A stretch of 64,000 bases of DNA from Chloroflexota bacterium (GCA_009391835.1 QWJF01000007.1:722-64721); one strand, 5' to 3'; counted from the first letter of the stretch, positions 25,067 through 34,696 are shown. A program made the numbers and translations. The notes: generated by a model not told the origin, from the letters alone.

Positions 25067-26750
25067 AGTTAATCTTCTCCGCTGCAAGTAGTTCAAGAAA
25101 GGCGTCAACCACCTCAGGGTCGAAGTGGGATTCCCGTCCCACTTCGATAATGGCTTTAGCTTTCTTAAAAGGCATCGCTTTCCGGTAGGGCCGGTCGGAA
25201 GTAATTGCATCCCATACGTCAACAATCGCGAAGATACGCGCCGCTAATGGAATTTTCTTACCCTCCAACCCCTGCGGGTAACCACTCCCATCCCATTTTT
25301 CGTGGTGGCTGTAAGGGATATCCAGCGCCGGTTTTAGGAAATCAATCTCCTCCATAAACGCCCGGCCATGTTCGGGATGCAGTTGCATGGTGGCTCGTTC
25401 CTTTGCAGATAATTTCCCTTTTTTCAACAAGATACTATCCGCAACGCCGATTTTCCCAATGTCGTGCAGCAGTGCCCCTCGTGTTAAGTTCTCAAGCGCC
25501 TCGCCTTCAATACCCATCCGTTTCGCCAGCTTCGTCGAAATTTCTGCCACTCGCTTACTATGTCCCTGTGTCTCGCGATCCCGCAGGTCGAGCGCCATCG
25601 CCCAACCTTCAATCGTCTTGTCGTAGGCCTCGATCAAATCCCGCTTAGATTTGTTGATACTGTCCACCATCTCATTGAACGAGTTAGCCAGCTCGCTCAC
25701 TTCGTCCCTTGAGCGCGAACTCACCCGCACCGTGAGATTACCCAGGGATATTTGCTCTGCCGCATCTCGCAGATCCAAAATGGGGCGTGTGATCCGCCCG
25801 GCCACAAATACCCCCACCACGATCACTAGCAGCAAGACTCCTGCCATCAGAATAAGCGTGTTGCTGCGCGTAATTTCACTGGCCTGCGTCAAAAAGCTGG
25901 TTGGCAGGGCCACGCCCATAATGCCCAGGTCTTGCCCTTCGCGGATTTCAAAGGAAGTTAGCAATTCGTTGTAAGCGATTCCGCTGTCTTCGAACGAGCG
26001 CAATTGGCTGCCCGCCGCCTGCTGGGCCAGGATGGTTTGCGCATCCTCGGGGACCAGTGGAGCCCCTTCCCCCAATGTACTGGTCAGCAAGTTGCCGTCC
26101 AAATCATAAAAGCTAAGCTGTGCCAGCGTCTCCTGACGAACCTGCAACACCAGGTTTTCCTGGGAAACACCAACCAACGCGATTCCTTTCAGCACGCCGT
26201 CTACATCTTCAATCGGTCCCGCCACAAAAAAATAGCTGCCCTGGTCCGTCTCCAGAACGCCGCCAAATTTATCTCCAAATTCATCTTCTTGTCGGGCAAT
26301 AACACTTTGAACAAATCGAACCTGTGAGAGGGGCACCCTGGTATTCAACGGCACATATACTTGCGTTTCTTCATCGAAGGTAACCAGCAGCAACTCATTT
26401 CCAAAGCGGTTAAGCACCCCCAGCGCTGGTACGTTGGAGTTGTAAGCGGAGGGCAGCACAAGCTGCTGAATGATACCTACCTCAGATCTCTCAACTGCGT
26501 CCGCCATCCCCTGTACGTGGCTGATTTGGCGCAAATCCTCGAGCAGTTTCTCCTCTTCACGCACAATACTTTCGCTGGCCAACAATCCGGTCTCGATTAG
26601 TTGGTTGGTGAACCGTTCTTCTACCGAATCGATGATCACCCGCGAAATAATGTAACTGCCCCCCGCGGCAATAATCAATGCCAGGATCACATAAGGAACC
26701 GTGATCTTGGTCAGAATTGGAATTTCGAGGTTACGTAGGGCTTTTAACAA
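25065..26750 (-). CDS. membrane sensor: extracytoplasmic domain - HAMP - HD-GYP phosphodiesterase
   Basis: Two TM helices flank a sensor domain of about 270 aa. HAMP (ITRPILDLRDAAEQISLGNL) and HD-GYP (GHSKRVA, LLHDIGK, HHEKWDGSGYPQG). Confidence 0.85.
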   Translation of the reverse strand: MLKALRNLEIPILTKITVPYVILALIIAAGGSYIISRVIIDSVEERFTNQLIETGLLASESIVREEEKLLEDLRQISHVQGMADAVERSEVGIIQQLVLPSAYNSNVPALGVLNRFGNELLLVTFDEETQVYVPLNTRVPLSQVRFVQSVIARQEDEFGDKFGGVLETDQGSYFFVAGPIEDVDGVLKGIALVGVSQENLVLQVRQETLAQLSFYDLDGNLLTSTLGEGAPLVPEDAQTILAQQAAGSQLRSFEDSGIAYNELLTSFEIREGQDLGIMGVALPTSFLTQASEITRSNTLILMAGVLLLVIVVGVFVAGRITRPILDLRDAAEQISLGNLTVRVSSRSRDEVSELANSFNEMVDSINKSKRDLIEAYDKTIEGWAMALDLRDRETQGHSKRVAEISTKLAKRMGIEGEALENLTRGALLHDIGKIGVADSILLKKGKLSAKERATMQLHPEHGRAFMEEIDFLKPALDIPYSHHEKWDGSGYPQGLEGKKIPLAARIFAIVDVWDAITSDRPYRKAMPFKKAKAIIEVGRESHFDPEVVDAFLELLAAEKIN

Positions 26751-26823
26751 GCTACCTCATCCTATAAGTTCAACCGTATCTATCTAGTGCCGCAAGCTAA
26801 GAGCACTAACCTTTAGTATGCCC

Positions 26824-26851
26824 TTGACAGCCACCCTGGCACAAGTAAAAT
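26824..26851 (+). promoter_or_regulatory. promoter TTGACA-16-TAAAAT for csp
   Basis: -35 at 26824-26829 and -10 at 26846-26851. 5' UTR of about 60 nt. Confidence 0.6.
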
Positions 26852-26918
26852 TCCACCTGTGTCCTCACAGACCTTCCCAAAATGTCACAGATGAACGATG
26901 AACATGGAGATCCAACGC

Positions 26919-27131
26919 ATGGCAGATCGTGAAACGGGTTCGGTGAAATGGTTTAACGGCGCCAAAGGCTACGGTTTTTTGGAACGCGATTCGGGTGGAG
27001 AGCTTTTCGTTCATTACAGCGCAATCAGCGCGGATGGCTTCCGTAGCCTCACGGAAGGTCAGCGTGTGGAATTTGTAACCGTTGAGGGGGAAAAAGGTTT
27101 GCAAGCCGAAAACGTCGTCGCTCTCGAATAA
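26919..27131 (+). CDS. cold-shock protein (CspA family)
   Basis: [34 protein letters not shown] lies 8 nt upstream of ATG 26919. Confidence 0.9.
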   Translation: MADRETGSVKWFNGAKGYGFLERDSGGELFVHYSAISADGFRSLTEGQRVEFVTVEGEKGLQAENVVALE

Positions 27132-27142
27132 CCTGCTGAAAG

Positions 27143-28351
27143 CTATTGGTCCCCTGCCGCGTAAACGGCCAGATCATTAAAAAGAATTTGTGTCCCCGTT
27201 TCAGAGGCCGTGCCGGCAAACAAACCAATTTGCCCGCTAGCAAGCGCCTCATCATTCGTCTCAACCAACAAAACATCATTCACCGTTAATCGCAACTGCG
27301 TCCCCACGCATTCCACGCGCAAATGGTTGGCCGCCCCGCCTGTATTGATTAAATTACTGAATTGCATCTTGTCTTGCCCGATCAGGGTCAGCGCCCCGTC
27401 GCTTACCCGTTTTCCCACGCCATAATACCCATCGCTGCTGATCAGCAGCACGTAAAAATTCTCGCCCTCCGAATTGGCTTGATAACGGCAAATCACCCCG
27501 AAATAATTGTCTTCATCTCCACCTACTTTCATGCTATCCACTTCCACCCGGGTATCCGTGAAATGCAATCCTTGCAAGGCCCAACCAGCCACATTCGCCT
27601 GGGTCGGCCCCAGCAAATAGCCGCCCTCTGCATACTTGGCGACCGCTGCCGGATCCCCGTTCGAATACCAACCGCTGGCCGGATCCGAGAAATCATCCGC
27701 AAACAGCAATCCGTCCTCATTAGCTTGCGGGGTCAGCGCGGCCTCTAGGTCGGCAATTTGCGCCTCAATCATCTGCGTGTCAGGCGCACTGGGCAACAGC
27801 TCCAGATAAGTCCGTAAATCCAGAATCGCAGTATTTAGGTTTCCCTGGCCGATCAAAACGTTCGCCCGGTTGCGGTAGGCCAGCGCATAACCAGGCGTTA
27901 GCGCAATTGCCAGGTCGAAATCTGCAATGGCCGCGCTGGCCTCACCAACCCCAGCTTTCGCCAGGCCGCGCCCATTAAAAGCTTCCGTATAGCTAGTATC
28001 AATCGCCAGCACTTGGTCATAATCCGCGATCGCCTGCGCCTGATTGCCCAGGCTGGCTTGCGCATTGCCACGCAATAAATAGCTTCGCGCCTGGCTGCCA
28101 TCCATCAAAATCGCCTGAGTATAGAATTCCAGGGCCACTGCCCAATCGCCTCGATTAGCCGCCTCTAGGCCGGAATCGAGCAGCATCTCAAACCTTGGCG
28201 TCGCAGTATGGACAACAATGGCTGTCTCCTGTTCGATGCCATCTAGATCTGCCCCTGGCGCCCCCTTTGGTAGGATCGCTCCGCAAGCGCTCAATCCAGC
28301 CATCAAAATCACCAGCCACACAATTGGGGTCCATGAAATTCGGCTATCCAT
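27143..28351 (-). CDS. lipoprotein with TPR repeats and C-terminal concanavalin/LamG-like domain
   Basis: ATG 28351 gives MDSRISWTPIVWLVILMAGLSAC-G (lipobox). Several TPR units (ALEFYTQAI, AIADYDQVLAID, AIADFDLAIAL). Beta-rich C-terminal domain. Confidence 0.7.
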   Translation of the reverse strand: MDSRISWTPIVWLVILMAGLSACGAILPKGAPGADLDGIEQETAIVVHTATPRFEMLLDSGLEAANRGDWAVALEFYTQAILMDGSQARSYLLRGNAQASLGNQAQAIADYDQVLAIDTSYTEAFNGRGLAKAGVGEASAAIADFDLAIALTPGYALAYRNRANVLIGQGNLNTAILDLRTYLELLPSAPDTQMIEAQIADLEAALTPQANEDGLLFADDFSDPASGWYSNGDPAAVAKYAEGGYLLGPTQANVAGWALQGLHFTDTRVEVDSMKVGGDEDNYFGVICRYQANSEGENFYVLLISSDGYYGVGKRVSDGALTLIGQDKMQFSNLINTGGAANHLRVECVGTQLRLTVNDVLLVETNDEALASGQIGLFAGTASETGTQILFNDLAVYAAGDQ

Positions 28352-28447
28352 CCCCCAAACTGTAATCGAAAAGGCAGGCAACCGCAATCGCCATTCCTCG
28401 CCTCGTAGTAAACTTGAAGTACGCTTATAACCCTGAGGAGTCACTCA

Positions 28448-29878
28448 ATGGCATCCCGCCCCAAAACTAGCCAATCATTTACCGAGAGTATCGACCGTAT
28501 GGTAGATCGTGCCCTGCCCCACCTGGATATGGATATCCCGCTTGGGCTCGCCGATCAAATTAAAGCCTGCGACAAGGTCTTTCAAGTCAAATTTCCAGTA
28601 AAGATGGACGATGGTCAGTACCGTGTCTTTACCGGCTGGCGCGCCGTCCATAGTGAGCACCGCCTACCCGCCAAAGGCGGCATCCGCTACGCACCCCACG
28701 TCAGCCAGGATGAGGTGGTCGCCTTAGCCGCCCTCATGACCTACAAATGCGCCATCGTAGATGTGCCTTTCGGCGGCGCCAAGGGCAGCTTGGTGGTAGA
28801 TCCGCGCGCCCACTCGGAAGACGAGATGGAACGCATCACCCGCCGCTTTGCGCGCAAGCTCATTCAGGGCGGCTACATTTCGCCGGGGGGCAACGTCCCC
28901 GCCCCAGACATGGGCACCGGCCCGCGCGAAATGGGCTGGATCGCCGATGAATACAAAAACCTGCGCCCCGGCGATATCAATTACTTCGCCTGTGTCACTG
29001 GCAAACCGGTCACCAACGGCGGCATTCGCGGCCGCGTGGAAGCCACTGGGCGCGGTGTGCAATTTGTGCTGCGTGAATTCTTCCGCCATCCTAAAGACGT
29101 AGCGCTAGCCGGCCTCAGCGGTTCGCTAGAGGGCAAACGTGTGGTCATCCAGGGCCTCGGCAACGTGGGCTATCACGCTGCCAAATTTCTCACCGAGGAA
29201 GATGGCGCCCTTATCACCGCGGTCATCGAATACGATGGTGCCCTCACTTCTGATCAGGGTCTTCCCATTGAAGAAATCCGACAGCACATGAACGCCACCG
29301 GCAGCATCAAGGGTTTCAATGGCGCCGAATACCACCCCGACGGGCTGCCCCTTCTGGAGAGCGACTGCGATATCCTCATCCCTGCCGCGCTGGAAGCCCA
29401 GATCACCACCAAAAACGCAAAACGCATCAAGGCCCCGCTCATCGCCGAGGCCGCCAACGGCCCCATTACGTTCAACGCCGATAGCATTTTGAGGGAGCGC
29501 GGCAAAGTCATCCTTCCAGATAGCTTCGTCAACGCCGGCGGTGTGACGGTCTCTTATTTCGAGTGGGTAAAAAACTTATCGCACATTCGCTTCGGCCGCA
29601 TGGCTCGACGACAAGACGAATATCGCGGCCAGGGCATTGTGGATGCCCTGGAGCAAATGACTGGCCAGCAGTTGGATCCCGGTTTGCGCAAGGTAATAAC
29701 TACCGGAGCCAACGAACTGGATTTGGTGCGTTCCGGCCTGGATGATACGATGCGCCTGGCCTATCAGGAGATCAGCGAAGTCTTCCACAGTAATAAAAAG
29801 ATTGAGGATTTTCGCACCGCAGCCTTTACCATCGCGCTACGAAAAATTGTCCGTTCCTATTTGGAATTGGGCATCTAA
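28448..29878 (+). CDS. gdh: Glu/Leu/Phe/Val-family dehydrogenase, glutamate dehydrogenase-like
   Basis: KGGIRYAPHVSQDEV..MTYKCAIVDVPFGGAKGS catalytic Lys region and the GLGNVG Rossmann motif. Confidence 0.9.
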   Translation: MASRPKTSQSFTESIDRMVDRALPHLDMDIPLGLADQIKACDKVFQVKFPVKMDDGQYRVFTGWRAVHSEHRLPAKGGIRYAPHVSQDEVVALAALMTYKCAIVDVPFGGAKGSLVVDPRAHSEDEMERITRRFARKLIQGGYISPGGNVPAPDMGTGPREMGWIADEYKNLRPGDINYFACVTGKPVTNGGIRGRVEATGRGVQFVLREFFRHPKDVALAGLSGSLEGKRVVIQGLGNVGYHAAKFLTEEDGALITAVIEYDGALTSDQGLPIEEIRQHMNATGSIKGFNGAEYHPDGLPLLESDCDILIPAALEAQITTKNAKRIKAPLIAEAANGPITFNADSILRERGKVILPDSFVNAGGVTVSYFEWVKNLSHIRFGRMARRQDEYRGQGIVDALEQMTGQQLDPGLRKVITTGANELDLVRSGLDDTMRLAYQEISEVFHSNKKIEDFRTAAFTIALRKIVRSYLELGI

Positions 29879-29902
29879 CCGCGCAATCGTTTGCGTCCAA
29901 CC

Positions 29903-29935
29903 AAAAAGCCCCCGCAAAATGCGGGGGCTTTTTTC
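29903..29935. terminator. bidirectional intrinsic terminator
   Basis: Stem AGCCCCCGC/GCGGGGGCT flanked by AAAAA and TTTTTT. Confidence 0.85.
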
Positions 29936-29973
29936 ATATCATCATTCTGAGGGCTGAAACGCCCTTTTAAGGT

Positions 29974-30729
29974 TTATGGCGTTGGCGTACTGCCCCGCAC
30001 TTCGATATCCACCCAGAAAGATTGGTCCTGGTTGGGGCCCCAGCCAATCGGATCACCATTGGAAGTCTGCAAGATCCAGTAGCCTCGATAGGTGCCCGGC
30101 ACGCTCGGCGCAATCAGGTTGATGCTGAAATTCGCATAGCCGCCTGAAGGCACGTTATAGGTGATTGTCAACGGGTTCGATCCAGACATGCGCGCTCCTG
30201 AAACGAAAGCCAACGCATATTCGCCCCCCTTCCAGTCACAGGTGCCCACGTTCTGCAGCCGCCAGGTCTTCTGGAAGGATTGCCCGGGGTCAACTCGTGT
30301 CCCATCCGGGAAGTTCTCGTCATACGCATAGCGGTGCTCGTAGCATGCAGTCGAAGCGCCTACGGCTGTCGGCGTTGGCGTTGAAGTGCCTTCGCCAAAA
30401 GCGGGCGTCGGTGTGATGCTGGGTGTAGCCGCTTCATCCGTGAGCGCCGCTGCCAATTCAGTCAACTGAACGCTGCCTTGGGTTGCGGTCGCTTCCTCTG
30501 TGGGTTCGAGCGTCAGCGTAGCGCTTGGTACGCTCTCAGCCGTGGCCGAGCCCAGCAGTGCGCCCAACGTCATCTGCACCTGGGCGTCCTTGGTGGCCGC
30601 CGCGGCATCTTCAGAGTTGGCGCTCTCTGGCACGCCCACAGTGCGCACACAGGCCAGGGCCGTCATCAATAAGACTGCAGCCACCAGCAGTAAAACACGA
30701 TTTCGTTTGTTATGTCTCAAAGTATTCAT
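29974..30729 (-). CDS. secreted/lipo-protein with Thr/Ala/Pro linker and C-terminal NBR1-like Ig domain
   Basis: Signal ..LLMTALAC. C-terminus FQKTWRLQNVGTCDW...PGTYRGYWILQTSNGDPIG, typical of Nbr1_FW-type domains. Confidence 0.7.
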   Translation of the reverse strand: MNTLRHNKRNRVLLLVAAVLLMTALACVRTVGVPESANSEDAAAATKDAQVQMTLGALLGSATAESVPSATLTLEPTEEATATQGSVQLTELAAALTDEAATPSITPTPAFGEGTSTPTPTAVGASTACYEHRYAYDENFPDGTRVDPGQSFQKTWRLQNVGTCDWKGGEYALAFVSGARMSGSNPLTITYNVPSGGYANFSINLIAPSVPGTYRGYWILQTSNGDPIGWGPNQDQSFWVDIEVRGSTPTP

Positions 30730-30822
30730 AATCCATTCTCCATACTTGAAAACTATACAAGAAGCATGCCACCTGCGCCACTCAATGCAATACTAATTTA
30801 ATGCGGCTGGAGCGATCAGCCG

Positions 30823-32070
30823 TTGACATATAATTCGCCCGTGAATAGCTATCTCGCCTTGATTCGGCGGCGCCCCGCATTTCGGCGCTTGTGGCTGGCA
30901 TCTGTGGTCAGTTTTGCTGGTGATTGGTTCAATACTATCGCCAGCGTGATTATCGTTACCCGTTACTCAGAGTCTGGTCTCGCCGTCGGCGCCCTGTTCC
31001 TCGCACGCACGCTGCCCCAATTTTTGCTCGGTCCCATCGCTGGTGTCGTCGCCGACCGCTTCAATCGCAAACACGTCATGATTGCCAGCGATGTGCTGCG
31101 CGCCGCCATTGTGCTTTCGTTCCTTTTTGTAGATCGCCCCGAAAGACTATGGATGATCTACGCCCTCACTGTGGCCCAGTTCGTCCTCTCCACCTTTTTC
31201 CAACCCGCCAACGCAGCCATTCTGCCCAGCCTCGTCCACCAGGACGAACTGGTAACCGGCAACGTCATTTCATCCATCACCTGGTCGGCCATGCTTGCTC
31301 TGGGCGCCGCCTTGGGAGGCGCAGTGGCCGCCCTTTTTGGCGCTGGCGCAGCCCTGGTGCTGGATTCGCTCAGCTACCTGATCTCCGCCCTGTTGGTTGT
31401 GGGCATCCAATCCCCTGCGCTTGTCCCGCCTGAATCCTCGAAATCCAGCGGTTGGACTGATCTACTTGAAGGGTTCGCCTACGTGCGCGCCAACGCGCAT
31501 GCTCGTATGCTTGCCCTTGTCAAGGCGCTTGGACAGGTGGGCACGGGCGATATCATCATCGCCACGTTCGCCCGCCGCATCTTTGTGATCGGGCGCGAGA
31601 GCGCCGGTTCGCTAGGCTTGCTCTACGCCGCTGCAGGTCTGGGTGCTGTGCTCGGTCCGGTGCTTGGCCGCTATCTCCACGACGAAAGCCCCGCAGGATT
31701 GCGCCGTCGCATTCTGGATGGCTTTTGGATAATGCCGTTGGGTTGGGTCGTAATGGCCTGGGCCCCGAATATCTGGGTCGCTATGTTTGGCCTGTTGCTC
31801 AACCTGATGGGCGGCTCCGCTAATTGGACCTTTAGTTCCGTCCTCATCCAAACTCAAGTGCCGGATCGCTACTTGGGTCGCGTATTCGCCCTCGATTTTG
31901 CTCTTTTTACGTTGGCCAGCGCCGCCAGCCTCTGGCTCTTTGGTTGGCTGCTCGATCGCTGGCTGCTCGACCCGCGCACCATCCTTTATGGCGTCGCCGC
32001 CCTGAGCCTCATCCCCGTGGCTATCTGGGCCGCCTACCTGCGCAGGACTGTTGCCCAGCAAGCCAAATAA
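30823..32070 (+). CDS. MFS transporter (MFS_3/EntS-like subfamily)
   Basis: 12 TM helices. FRRLWLASVVSFAGDW and VADRFNRKHVMIASD motifs. TTG start. Confidence 0.8.
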   Translation: MTYNSPVNSYLALIRRRPAFRRLWLASVVSFAGDWFNTIASVIIVTRYSESGLAVGALFLARTLPQFLLGPIAGVVADRFNRKHVMIASDVLRAAIVLSFLFVDRPERLWMIYALTVAQFVLSTFFQPANAAILPSLVHQDELVTGNVISSITWSAMLALGAALGGAVAALFGAGAALVLDSLSYLISALLVVGIQSPALVPPESSKSSGWTDLLEGFAYVRANAHARMLALVKALGQVGTGDIIIATFARRIFVIGRESAGSLGLLYAAAGLGAVLGPVLGRYLHDESPAGLRRRILDGFWIMPLGWVVMAWAPNIWVAMFGLLLNLMGGSANWTFSSVLIQTQVPDRYLGRVFALDFALFTLASAASLWLFGWLLDRWLLDPRTILYGVAALSLIPVAIWAAYLRRTVAQQAK

Positions 32071-32094
32071 AAATGGCGGCCTCCGGGCCGCCAT
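32065..32094 (-). terminator. intrinsic terminator for gene 32111-32962
   Basis: Stem ATGGCGGCC/GGCCGCCAT, followed on the minus strand by TTTTATTT. It overlaps the stop codon of the convergent MFS gene. Confidence 0.7.
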
Positions 32095-32110
32095 TGCTTA
32101 ATAATAATCT

Positions 32111-32962
32111 CTAGGGCCCGAAACACGGGCTTGGCTGCGAGGCGCCCAAGCGCGCGCCGCACCAATCCGTGCTGCCCCCATCCAAATTGCCGATAAATTG
32201 GTTAATGTTCTTCTTGCGTTGCCATTCAAAAGTCCCTGAGCCTCCCGCCGTAGAATTCCATGTGCCTGCAACATAAGTGTAATCCGCGCTCAACGTGCCG
32301 CTCAAGGTCACCACATTGCCTCCGCCCGCATCAAAACTGCCAGTGATCGCGGTCCCCGAATGGCTCAGTGTCATGCTGTATAGCGTCAGTGGCGCCGGCC
32401 CCACCCAGGTCTGCCAGGTGTCGGCCCAAACCACTGAGGGCGTCGGTGTCACGCTGGGTGTCGGTGTAGGTGGCGTATCAAAGAAAGCCAGTCCCTCCAG
32501 CGATCCCGAGACGCTCGCAAAGCGCGTCCACAACCAGCAATTGCCGGCGCGTTCCGGATTGGCAATCACCAGGTAATCAGCATCCGCCGCGCGCCCCACC
32601 ACTTCAGCCACATCCCCTTCTTTCATTGCGCCCTCAATTAGGTAATCCGTGCCCGGGCCGCTGCGGCAATTGGTTCCTGTGCTCACCTCAACCACTGGAA
32701 TTTCTGGCGTAGGCGTCAGTGTTCTTGTCGGCGTTTCGCTGGGCTCCGGCGTCTCGCTGGGCTCCGGCGTTACGCTGGGTGTGGCCGAGCTTTCGTCAGC
32801 CGTGTTTGTTTGCCGAGTAATCTGCGCCCAAACCGTGGCCGCTACAGAGGTCTCCTGGCCGCTGCTTTGTGCTGCCGCGCTTCCAGGGGTAATCACCCGG
32901 CTGCAAGCGCTGGCTAGCAGGAGCGCCACGCCTAAAGTAAAGAGCAACCCAATGCGTTTCAT
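32111..32962 (-). CDS. lipoprotein with Pro/Thr/Glu repeats, SH3b-like domain and C-terminal beta domain
   Basis: ATG 32962 gives MKRIGLLFTLGVALLLASAC-S. Repeats PEPSETPEPSETP and TPTPSVTPTPSV. SH3b-like segment TNCRSGPGTDYLIEGAMKEGDVAEVVG. Confidence 0.7.
   Translation of the reverse strand: MKRIGLLFTLGVALLLASACSRVITPGSAAAQSSGQETSVAATVWAQITRQTNTADESSATPSVTPEPSETPEPSETPTRTLTPTPEIPVVEVSTGTNCRSGPGTDYLIEGAMKEGDVAEVVGRAADADYLVIANPERAGNCWLWTRFASVSGSLEGLAFFDTPPTPTPSVTPTPSVVWADTWQTWVGPAPLTLYSMTLSHSGTAITGSFDAGGGNVVTLSGTLSADYTYVAGTWNSTAGGSGTFEWQRKKNINQFIGNLDGGSTDWCGARLGASQPSPCFGP
32730..32783 (-). repeat. 3 x 18-bp tandem coding repeat (PSETPE linker)
   Basis: GGCGTTTCGCTGGGCTCC, GGCGTCTCGCTGGGCTCC and GGCGTTACGCTGGGTGTG on the plus strand. 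Confidence 0.8.
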
Positions 32963-33052
32963 CGTGACTCTAGTATAGCGATCCCCGGCATTCCCACAAA
33001 ACAAAAAAGGGCCGACCCGTGGGGGCGGCCCCTTAAGATTCACCACCTAGCT

Positions 33053-33217
33053 TTATCGCCGCCAGAAAACCAGCCCCAGGATAAGCGACACAATCCCAAC
33101 TACTGCCCAGCGCAGGTCGCCAGTCATAAAACTGCCCGGCAAAATATTGATCCCCTGCAAAAAGAATACTCCCCCGGCGCCGATCAAGAATCCGGCGATA
33201 ATTTTTTGAAAATTCAT
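33053..33217 (-). CDS. 54-aa two-helix membrane micro-protein (below ORF-track size cut-off)
   Basis: GGAGAG is followed by ATG 33217: MNFQKIIAGFLIGAGGVFFLQGINILPGSFMTGDLRWAVVGIVSLILGLVFWRR, with TAA at 33053-33055. It sits 18 nt downstream of gene 33236-33751. Confidence 0.5.
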   Translation of the reverse strand: MNFQKIIAGFLIGAGGVFFLQGINILPGSFMTGDLRWAVVGIVSLILGLVFWRR

Positions 33218-33235
33218 TTCTCTCCGATCACTACG

Positions 33236-33751
33236 TTAAATTTGACCTTCGGGCGGCGGGGGTGAGGCCATCGTGTCCTTGTCCAGAAAATCCCCGCTCC
33301 GCGGTTTCCCGCTCTTACGATAAGCCGCCATCTCGCGCATCCGGCGTTCGTAGCACTCGTTGCATTCCCAATTGCGCGCCAATTGCGGATCTCCCTCAAC
33401 TCGCTCGAACGCCTGGGTAGATTTGTATTGCTTGCAGGTATAGCATTGGCGCAGTTCCACCTGAGCATATCCTGGATTTGCCTTCGCCTCCTCAGAGTCG
33501 ATCGGTTGCGCCTGACCCGGCAGATGTGGAACTTGGTGCCAGCCATCCTTGATCCCCATGTCAGGTTGGAGGATATCCTTGGCACTCACCATCCTTTTGC
33601 CCAGTTGCCAATTCCCCTCCCGCCCATAAAGCCCCCGTGCTTCAAAGGTCCCTGCTTTGTATCGGTATACGAAGCCAAGATTGTCGCTCAATCGAAAAAC
33701 CCGGATCGCCCCTTCTTCGACTGCCTGTTTGATTACTGCGTCATACGTCAT
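33236..33751 (-). CDS. hypothetical protein with C-terminal CxxC...CxxC zinc-ribbon-like motif
   Basis: 171-aa ORF with CYTCKQY...CNECYERR. No family recognised. Confidence 0.6.
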   Translation of the reverse strand: MTYDAVIKQAVEEGAIRVFRLSDNLGFVYRYKAGTFEARGLYGREGNWQLGKRMVSAKDILQPDMGIKDGWHQVPHLPGQAQPIDSEEAKANPGYAQVELRQCYTCKQYKSTQAFERVEGDPQLARNWECNECYERRMREMAAYRKSGKPRSGDFLDKDTMASPPPPEGQI

Positions 33752-33925
33752 GAATATCGTCCTGGGAATTAATGATGTCGCCCAATTATAGCCCGCAAGC
33801 GTAACAATTCTTCACGGCTCTCCCTCCCGCCAGAATAAGGACATTTGTCCCTATAACTCCCCATCCAATTAGCTACAATCAAAACACAATTTAGGCACAC
33901 CTAATAGGAGCGCATTTTCAGCCAA

Positions 33926-34696
33926 TTGCTAACTTCACTGTCCGGCGGATCGCCCGTATTACTCGGCCTCTTCGGGGGGCTCATCATCGCCGCCTTCAAC
34001 ATGCTCGGCGCGCTGCTCGTGCTTGTCTGGCGCAAACCCTCCGCAAAAGTTCTTGATATTGGGTTGGGGTTTGCCGCCGGAGTGATGCTCACCGCCAGCT
34101 ACACCAGCCTGATTCTGCCCGGCATTGACTATGGGGGCATTCTGCCCGTCCTCATCGGTATCGCGCTCGGCGCGCTACTGATCGCCACCGCCGACCAGTG
34201 GGTGCCGCATCAACACGCGATTAAAGGCCGTGAGGGGATTGAGCCGGGCGCCTGGAAGGCAGTCTGGCTCTTCATCATCGCCATTACCATCCACAACATG
34301 CCGGAAGGCCTCGCCGTCGGTGTGGGTTTTGGGTCAGGCGATCTGGACAATGCCATCGCCTTGATGCTCGCAATCGGCATCCAAAACGTCCCTGAGGGTT
34401 TCGCCGTATCTTTGTCAGCCATCAACGCTGGGATGGGCAGCTACACCTACGCCAGCATTGCCGGCATCCGCGCCGGGCTGGTGGAAATTCCCCTTGCCGT
34501 GCTGGGGGCTTGGGCGGTCCAATTTGCGCGCCCCATCCTGCCTTATGCGATGGGTTTTGCCGCTGGGGCTATGCTTTATGTGATCAGCAACGAGATCATC
34601 CCTGAAACCCACCGCAAGGGCCATCACAAAGTTGCGACACTGGGCATGCTGGTTGGTGTAGTCGTGATGCTTTATTTGGACGTCAGCCTGGGTTGA
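33926..34696 (+). CDS. ZIP family divalent metal (zinc) transporter
   Basis: HNMPEGLAVGVGF and QNVPEGFAVS signature helices. TTG start; the exact start is uncertain. Confidence 0.85.
   Translation: MLTSLSGGSPVLLGLFGGLIIAAFNMLGALLVLVWRKPSAKVLDIGLGFAAGVMLTASYTSLILPGIDYGGILPVLIGIALGALLIATADQWVPHQHAIKGREGIEPGAWKAVWLFIIAITIHNMPEGLAVGVGFGSGDLDNAIALMLAIGIQNVPEGFAVSLSAINAGMGSYTYASIAGIRAGLVEIPLAVLGAWAVQFARPILPYAMGFAAGAMLYVISNEIIPETHRKGHHKVATLGMLVGVVVMLYLDVSLG

Noticed and set aside
32730-32783. Short tandem DNA repeats here and at 24839-24874, considered as a possible CRISPR or minisatellite
   Set aside because: The units are contiguous with no spacers, are 18 bp long and in frame, and encode Pro/Thr/Glu or Asp/Lys linkers inside ORFs.
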